A DNA stretch of 64,000 bases from an uncultured virus (IMG/VR IMGVR_UViG_3300042383_001692) (Duplodnaviria; Heunggongvirae; Uroviricota; Caudoviricetes), in IMG/VR virus record IMGVR_UViG_3300042383_001692. One strand, given 5' to 3'. A program made the position numbers and the translations under genes. Under the pieces are notes generated by a model. It searched no databases and had not been told where the DNA came from. It worked only from the letters and a program-made list of their open reading frames with translations. Of this stretch, positions 20,801 to 29,800 are shown one piece after another. Within the stretch, counting starts at the first letter, position 1, and each line of letters starts with the position of its first letter.

Positions 20801-23800
20801 AGAAATTGTTGCTACGGGCGAGGACGGCGAGTTGTATGTTTCTCCCTCAAGCGCAATAAAACGCCGCGATTCTGAGCAGTATCGATCACAGCTCTTGGGA
20901 ATGCTTAATTACGAAGCGGGATTTGGCAGCAACTGGTACGGGAAAAGAATGAAGCAGCTTGACGTCTCACGCGCCCGGGGCGGTCCTGCGCAAGAAGGGA
21001 AGTCTTACGCTGCAGGAGAAGTAAACGAGGAAAATTGGGAAGCAGAAGGATTGAACGTTGCAGGTCTTGGCATGTTTAAAACTGCTTCAGAAAGAATGCT
21101 TGGCATAAGAGCTGACGTTGAAGGAATCAACACTGTTCAACAGTGGGTCAATAGAAAAACAGGAAGAGATAGAAAAATAGACGATGATCCAATCGAAATT
21201 GCAAAAAACTATTTTTTAAACTTGTTTGGAAAAGACTATTTTGACGATCTTCACAGCATAGAGTACGTTGACAGTTATGAAGAAGCCAGTGGCCACACTG
21301 GAGTTTTTATGCCTCATGGAGATTATAAGAAAAAAATAGACCAGCCATTAATAAAAATAGCAAAAAGAAAAGGCGAGGTAAAAACACTTGATGTTTTGCA
21401 TACCGTAATGCACGAAATTGGACATTACGACGAGTATTTGAAAAAATTGAAAGATACGGATAGCGATTGGAGAGCAATAGATGACCGAGAATACATCGAT
21501 TTTTTAAACGAAGAAGCGTACGCAAATATTTTCGCAGAAAGGCACGCAAAAGAAGTTTTGCCTGAAAAACACTATGCTGCTATAGGCCAGAGTTCACTTT
21601 ATAGTCAATATTGGTATGAAAGATGGGGAGGGCTTAGTACTTATCCTAAAGAAATTTACGAAAAAAATAGACTGACTCCTGTTTGGTACAAACCGCGCAG
21701 CCGTTTTTACTCTTCTAAAATAGATAGATATTTGCCTGCAGAACCGCTAATTTCGTGGGAACCCGGCGCAGATGCGGATGTTTTTGGCCGCGATGAACTT
21801 GAAGAAATTTATCTCAATTCAAATGAAAATTTTCTTTCAGAAAATCAGCTTAAAAGAGTTGGCATAACCCCTAAATCCGCACGCGCCCAGGGCGGGCCCG
21901 TTGACGGCGGATCAAGCTACTTTGCCGGCGAAAACGAGGCGGAGCTGTACAACAGTGCCGGCCTGAACAAGATGAATCGCCCCAAAGCGCACGAGCCAGA
22001 GTTTGGCAATCCCCTTTCTATGGGATGGGCCACGGTTGCCGGATACCGCGCCAGCGCAAACAAAAACAGCGTCCGCGACGGAGCCGGCTGGAAGCTTCAT
22101 CTTGCTGCCAAAAAAGAAAACTACGCCGCCGTCGACAAGTGGCTGTGGCACAACTCGCCGTATCACTATAAGCTCCTTGCCGGCGGCACGCCGCAGGAGT
22201 CCGATTTCACCATCTACGCAGGCGCAAAAGACCGCGCAACGGCGATGGCCGGAAAGATCAAGTCCAGCTTGTCTCGCCTGCTGCTGTTTCCCGGCAGAGC
22301 AGCGAGCAAGTTTGGGAGCGACCGCCTTGTCAATGAAGTCGTTAGCATGAGATTTGACCCGCTCGAGCTGCCGGGCCAGGGCGGCGAAGCGGCAATGGAA
22401 GAAACGTGGTTCTACGGCAGAAATGGCATTCCGTACGACATCAGAGGAAATCAGATTGCAAGCCGATACGCCAAACTCAAGCTTGGCATCGGAATGCCGA
22501 AGGGCTCGGCGGAAGAGCTTCTCTCTCTCGAAAAAGAGATGGACGCCTACGACATCGAGCAGGAAAAGTATCTTGCTGAAAAGTTTCCCGGCATATACGA
22601 CTCTCTTGTTGAAAAAATCAATAAGACAAAAGCGGCGAATGCGCTTTGGTCTCGCTCTCAAGGCGGCATCGTGAAAGAGAGTGGGTTTTACGTTGCTGGC
22701 GAGAATGCAGAAGAAACATATGAATCAACAAGCGAAGGATACACAGGAAATCACTTTGAAAAGCTAAACAAAACCTATCAAAAGTTTTACGATTCTTTGT
22801 ACGAAGAATCCGAGGATGAAATAAAGATAGGCCTCAACAAAACAGAGTCTGAAAAATCTCTTAGGAAAACCGCTTCTTTTATCGATTTTCCAAGAAGACG
22901 GGGTGATGAGAGGCCTTTAAACTTCAGACTTTGGAGACGTCAAAATGATAAAAAAGGAGAAGTCAACCCAGGCTTTTCGTCTGACATCATTTCTGTTGTT
23001 AAGTCAAAATTCAATGAATTTGGAGTCGATTTGCCGGAAATCGAATACCGCGATCTTTCGAGCATACATGCTGATGGCGTTTACAATCCTCGGCATTTAG
23101 ATAAAGGCTCAGTCCATATACACGATAAATTTTCCGAAAAGCCCTCAATACACGGCCTTTTCACAACTCTGCACGAGTTGGGGCATTACTGGGATTTTGC
23201 GCGTCATCGTTTCGATTGGGAAGATCCTTATGTGTCGGGAAGAGACGCGGAAAACGTTTACAAAAAAGAAGTTCGAGCAAATGCCAGTGCAATTTTTAAT
23301 GCTCGATATTTTTTGAAAGACAAACGCCATTTGGCCGCTTTTGATCAAAACGCTCTAGAAGCCCTGATTGAATATGAAAAGCACCTCGACAGCTACGTAA
23401 AAAACGGATATAGCTGGAAAGGGATTGCCAGGGCAAACGGCGGCCCGGTGAAAAACGATGCCATGTACCTTGCCGGAGAAGTAGATGAAGAGTACTACTC
23501 AGAAAGCAAGAGAAAGGAATACGAAAAGGTTTACGGAGCGCCCGATCATGATCTTGATCCCAGAGCAGGAAGATTCGGGACCATTTCTGAAAGGCTGCTG
23601 GGCATCGAAGCGGATCATTGGCTATTTCCCAGAATAAGAGGAGACAAGAGAAGATTTTCCGCAATTGATTTTGGGAAATGGACATTGACAAGATCAAGAA
23701 ACGATCTTGTAAGCAGCGCGGAAGGGAGCGATCCTGTTTCTTTGGGGCGCTCCTATTTTGAAAGATTCATGACTCCGTGGGGACAAAAATTCAAGGTAGA

Positions 23801-26800
23801 CATTGATTATTCTTCCCCTGAGCGCTGGGAGCAAAACGCAGAAACTGAAGGACATTATGACCCAAGCAGCCAGTCTATTGCAATTGGGCCGCACAACAAG
23901 AAAAACAGCATCAAGAGTCTGTTTACGGTATTCCACGAATACGGACACGCGTATGAAGACTTGTACGCGTATTACAAAGACAAGGATCCGATTGAGTATG
24001 GCGACTTTGACAGCGTCATGCTTAAGGAGCTTTACGCCGACAGGTTTGCCGCAAAGCATCTTTTGGCGTCTGGCCTGATTGGAAAACATCAAAAAGGATC
24101 TGTCATTCAGCAGTCGCTGGCCAGTCTGATGGCGTACGAAACCCACATGCTTTCAGACAGCGGATCTGTAAATTGGATTGCCAAAAACAAAAATCGCCCT
24201 TCCGACTGGCTGAAAAATCTTTGGATGCCAAAGGTTGGTCCGGAAGACGAGCTTGTTCTTTCGCCAAGGTTTTCTCGCGCTTTTGGCGGTCCTGTGGGAA
24301 ACGGGGAAAATATTGTCGGCTTTGTCGAAACAATTTCTCCGCAAAAATCGCTGATTCACAGCAACTCTTCAGAAAAAGAAATCATTGGCGAGTTTGGCCA
24401 GGAAATCATTTCTCCCGGAAGCGACGGCAACCTGTACGTTGCACCCAACAGCGCAATCAAGAGAAAGGATTCCGAGCATCACAAATCGCAGACGCGAATT
24501 CGCAAAGGCGTGGGAATTGCGAGAATTCACGGCGGTCCGGTAGACCCCAAAACCGGAGCGGTGGCGGGAGAATCCGGACCAGAAGGGTTTGTCGGTTCAA
24601 CTGATCCAGATGACCCCCTGGCGGGAGTAAGCGACGAAGAAGCATACGAATCCGGAAAGGCAGGAATCAAAGAAACCCCCGTTGACCCAGAGGTTGGCGT
24701 TCTTCTCTCTTCTTCGTCTAAAAAGAAAGAAGCGTCTGCAGAAACGCCATCTGACAGCGGCTCGGACGCAAAGAGCGAAAAATCCACAGGCTTTGATTGG
24801 GAGGCATTTCATGCCGGGCTGGGCGGCCTTCTCGACGAAGACGATGATTATCTTCTTGGCGTGCCAGCAGGAGCTACGGACCTGGAAGGCGGCATACGCC
24901 CTGTCAGCACAAACAAGTTTATTGCGAAGCAAGTCAAAGCCATCGGAGAACTTGCCCTCATGCTGTTTGGGCCGGGCGGAGCCATGGCGGGAGGCGTATA
25001 CGGCGGCTCGGGAAAGAAAACCAAAAAGGGAGAAAAGTGGAGATTCTCGCGCGATGCCATGGGCGATCTGTTTGGCGTGCGCGGACCTCACGGCACCATT
25101 TCTGCCAGAACGGATATCGTCAACGATAAGAACGGGATTTCTCTAAAATGGGACAACGCCACTATCACTGACTTGCTGAAAAAAGGGCAGCTTGGCACTT
25201 CGGAAGCGGCGGGAATTTCTCATCTTCAGTCCATCGAATCTCGCGGCACGGACGCAACTCTAGAAGACTTTGACAAAGGCGTAAGATTCCTTGAATCCTG
25301 GATTGCCGGAGCTGGAGACCCTTCTTCAGAAGAAGTGAAATCCATGTCCAGCGTGCTGACTCGCGTAAGAAACATGCGGCAGGCCAAGATGATTCTTGGC
25401 GGTCGCCGATCCGGCACGTCGATCAGCGGCATGACGCACGAAGAAATTGCGGCAGAAGCAGAATCTTTCAACAAAGCATTTAGCGCTGGATCTTCTCCCA
25501 GCGACATAAAGGGCGTTGTCGGTTCCTTTACCGAACAGCTTGCAAAGTCGGCAAATCTGCTCAAGCAGTTGAACGAAGGCATTGACAAGATGGTTGGCAC
25601 GGCGGGCGACGCCGAAAAGACCTGGAAAACCATAGCCGATCAAGCGGATTACCTGAAACAGTGGACGGAAAACGCCAAAAAGAGAGGCGTGGGAAGCACC
25701 GAGGCGGGAGCCAGGCAAATTCGGCAGGCGGAGGAAGAGTATACGGCGCTTCAAGCAATGCTCAACCGAGGCAGCGATCTATACAAAGAAACAGAAGCGT
25801 CTCTTGGCGCAAGAGGCGCAGAAGAGTTGCATGGAAAGTACGGTCTGGGCGGAACAAGGCGGGGAAGTCGCCTTGGAAGAGCAATGCGAGATCCGTATTA
25901 CGCTGCATTTGCCGCTCATTTTGTTAGAGACATGGGCTTTGCCATTCGTGAAAGCGTTATGCCAGCGGTGTTTCAGGCCAGCGATTACGGCATTTCAGTA
26001 AACAAAGACAGAGAGCTTCTTGCACGCGTAGGCGAATCAGTTGGCTCAATTAACGATCCTGCTTCACGATTCCTTGCTTTTCGAGAATCGTGGAACAAGG
26101 GAATGGGCAGAGATTCCGCGAATGTTCTGGGAATGCTGGGAGGATCAGATAGCACTGTCGTCACAGCACTGCGCGGTTTGAATCAGGTTGTTCAACCCGC
26201 AATCGGCGTTGGAACGGCAATGGTTGCCGCCAATCTGGCATTTCCCACTCTTGGATTTAGCGGACCCGCAATTGCAGGAGTAGTAGCCGGCACGGCAATG
26301 GCTGCCACGGGAGCTTACACACTCGGCGCAATGAAAAATGAAAAGGAAATGGCAATTGCCAAATCCCTTGCTGAAACCGGCGGAAATCCGTTTGGCAGAA
26401 GCCTTTTTACCGGCCTTGGGTACTTGTTTGACACAAATAGTTCCGAGTTGTCCATTGGGAATAATATTCTTAAGGGGGCAGTCAGCGGGTTTTTACCTCC
26501 TGTTGCCGCTGTCCTTGCCGGTGCAAAGGGAATAAAGGACGTAAGCACGGCCATTTACGGAGATGCGGAATATCAAATTTCCGTTCAGGAACAGCAGCTA
26601 AACCAAGAAAAAGAGCGTCAGAAAAACACAATTTTGTCGTACGAACAGTACAAGAAAAATCAGAGAGAAAGAGACAACGCCTCTCCCGGCGGCGTCAACC
26701 AAAGAAACAAAGGCGGAAAGGGAAGCGCAGGAATGTACTCTCCGCTAAAGATAGATTCAGTTGAAGAAAATGTTTCCAACTCCTCAATCAATCAAGTAGG

Positions 26801-29800
26801 CAAGGGTGGATATGGCGTAATGGCAAAGCCCCAGGACAGAAACATAGGGCAGCTTGTCTCTACACCAACCCCCTTTATTACAGGCCCTGACGGAAACAGG
26901 CCTACCTCTCCTGCTCCTCAAAGAACGCCGACTCCTGTTTCGACGCCGATAGCGACTCGGGTTCCTTATGTTGAAAACGACGGAAAAACAGCTCCTCCGG
27001 TTCTTGGCGACCCTGTGCTGCAGGTGGGAGGATCCTGCAACGTTGCGTCTGCGTCTTCTTTTGTTGGTCCCTTGCTTCCGGATTCGGAAACAAATGTCAA
27101 AGGCCAGCAGATATACGAAAATGCCGCAAGGGGTCTTGGCCTTGTAGAAAGCAGCAATGTATACAACACAACAACCAATGAAGCGCTTGTAAATTATTTT
27201 CAGGATAAGGGCGCTGCAATAAAAAAGGTGTCCATCCCTCTTCAGGAATTGATTACAGGTGTAGACGCTGAAGGAAACCCAAGCAAGTACGCGAGAATTT
27301 TTCCTCAGGACGTCGATGCAATGGCGTATTACGTTCCTGGATTTTCATTTGGAAGCGGTCCTCACGGGTATTACCCCAGAAGCGGACGAGAGTATGGTCA
27401 CTCTGTTATTCGTCTTGCCCCAAACTGGATACAAAACACAAACGACAGAAAAAATCTGAACAAGGCAATCTACGTCCCAGACGAGTCTTTGTTTCAGGGA
27501 ATGGAGCAGTGGTCGCAGCAAAACAAGGGCGAAAAACCGGGCAGCGAAACGGTCGAGATGATCATTCCGGATTTTGACGCTCCTCCAATATGGAAATCAA
27601 GCACGCCTCCGTCCATGATTGGCGCGCTGGGTTCGGAATACGCCAACAAGTTTTTTGGATACAACGATTACAGCGCAAGAAAAAACGCAAGAGATTTTGC
27701 GCGCAAATATCCCGAGATATACCCATTTCCTATTCCGCCCAGAGATTTGCCTATTGAAGAAAGCTGGGAAGGATATTTCAGAGAAACGGATCGGTCGCAG
27801 GAGAGAAAAAACTTTGGCTTTAGCTTTAAAAAGGCTTTTTCGTTTTTGCCTTCTTTGTTTCAATTTGGCGAAAGCAGCCTGGCCGATCCTAATGACATTA
27901 AGCCTCCTACTCCTACGTCTCGCGCAACCATAGCTGCAACCAAAACGCCGCTTCCTACGGCAACGGATATTCCGGCTACGGCAACGAATGTGCCATCAAC
28001 CAGAACACCCGCGCCGACAGCAACCAAGCCTGCTCCTACGGCAACAACGCCAAAGCCTACGGCAACAACGCCCGCGACAGCCACAACGCTTCCAACGGCA
28101 ACTGCCGTACCCGCGACAGCCACAACACTTCCCACGGCCACAACGCCTCTCACGGCAACCGCCGTGCCCGCAACGGCTACAACGCCTCCTACGGCGACAA
28201 GGCGCAAGCCGACGGCGACAGACGAGCCAGAAGCAACGGCAACAAAGATTGTTATAACGCCGCCTTTGCCGACTGCGACTGCGTCTGCCACGCCTACAAA
28301 GCAGTCGCCTACGGCCACCAAAGAAAAAGAGGACAAGGAAGAAGAGAAAAAGCCCAGCACGGCAACGACTGCTCCTACCGCTACTGCGACTATCAAATCA
28401 ACAATTGAGCCGTATTCCACTGCTACGGTAGGAAGAAAGTTTGCGGTTACAGTTGCTTCGCCGGAGGCAACGTCTGGGCCGCGCTCCACTTCGGTTGTTG
28501 CAAAAACTTCTACCGCCACACCAAAACCGCCGACCGCAACCGCTACTGCAAGTCCTGTTGCGCTGGCCACTGTTGGCCAGACGCGCACAGTAGAAATTAC
28601 TTCTGCATCGACGGCTTCTCCGACTGCAGTGCAGCCCGTCATCTCCGCAACTCCTGTTCTGCAGCAGCCTGGTTATAGCCGACCGCTTGCAGTCAACGTA
28701 TCTGGAATTCAGGACATGCGGGGATCTGGATACTCGCCGGAAAACAAGGGCGTTGTAGATCCAGTTGAAAAAATGTACGTGGATCGGATTGGGCTGGAAC
28801 AGAAAACGATCCAGGAAATGGAAAGAAATCTGTTTGAAGCCAGACTTGATCTTGCGACATCTAAAAAGCTTGAAAGAGCTCGCGCTTTGGCGGCAAAAAT
28901 AAGCAGCGAACTTCCGCCGTACGATCCAAGAAAGAGTCCTGATGACATGCCGATGCATGTCGGCATGAGCGCGCAGGAAATGGATTTTTTCAGAAGCAAA
29001 ATAACAGGAGGCGGAGACGAAAGTCACTACTCCAGATACATGAAGCGTCTTGGTATTCAAGCGGGTACCGAAGAGTCAAGAGAAGTCGCCGCCGTTGCGC
29101 AAATTTATGGCGGAAACCCGGGAACGGAGCGATACGCCTCGTTCTTTTATGCCGCGGCGGACAGGCTTGCGCTGGGGGAAAACGTTGCGGAATCAATGCA
29201 GGTCGCACAACAGCTCGGACAGTCGTTTGGATATCATGGTTTCTACGGCGGATCCTCCTTTTTTGCAGATCGAAGCCGCATGGGGACTTTGCTTACATAC
29301 GCTCAAATGACTGATGCGGTGTCCAACAACACATTGATGGGCACGTCTCAAATGATTCCGGCCATCATGATGCAAACAGGCGCAAGCGCCGGAAGGGTTG
29401 CATCTTCTTTTGAGCCGCTGACGTTTAATCGAGCGTACAACAGCGCCGAGGCCGCAGCGTTTGGCCAGCTTGGATTTGTCGAGAGCATGCAGAAATTCGA
29501 CATTGAGCGCCTGACAAAGGAAGGGAAATTAGCGCCAACCGGCTTGGACATCAACGAGATTATGCGAGAAGACGTCCAATTCGATGATTTCAAGAACTAC
29601 GAATTGTTCATGAGATCGGGTGTGAATTTGGAACGCGCGGCAAACAAAGGCAAGTATTACTACGGATCGCCGGGCTCCAAGGGCTTCTACATGAAATCTC
29701 AGGCCCTGTCTGAGATGGTGCAAAAGGGAGGCGTTCAGGCAGAAATGCGTTTGAACGCGATGGGGTTTAGCTCTTCGTTTCTCAATCAGGCCATGAAAAA

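Noticed and set aside
27860..28642. 260-aa V/A/G-rich antisense ORF
   Set aside because: Mirror of the Thr/Pro/Ala repeat on the coding strand
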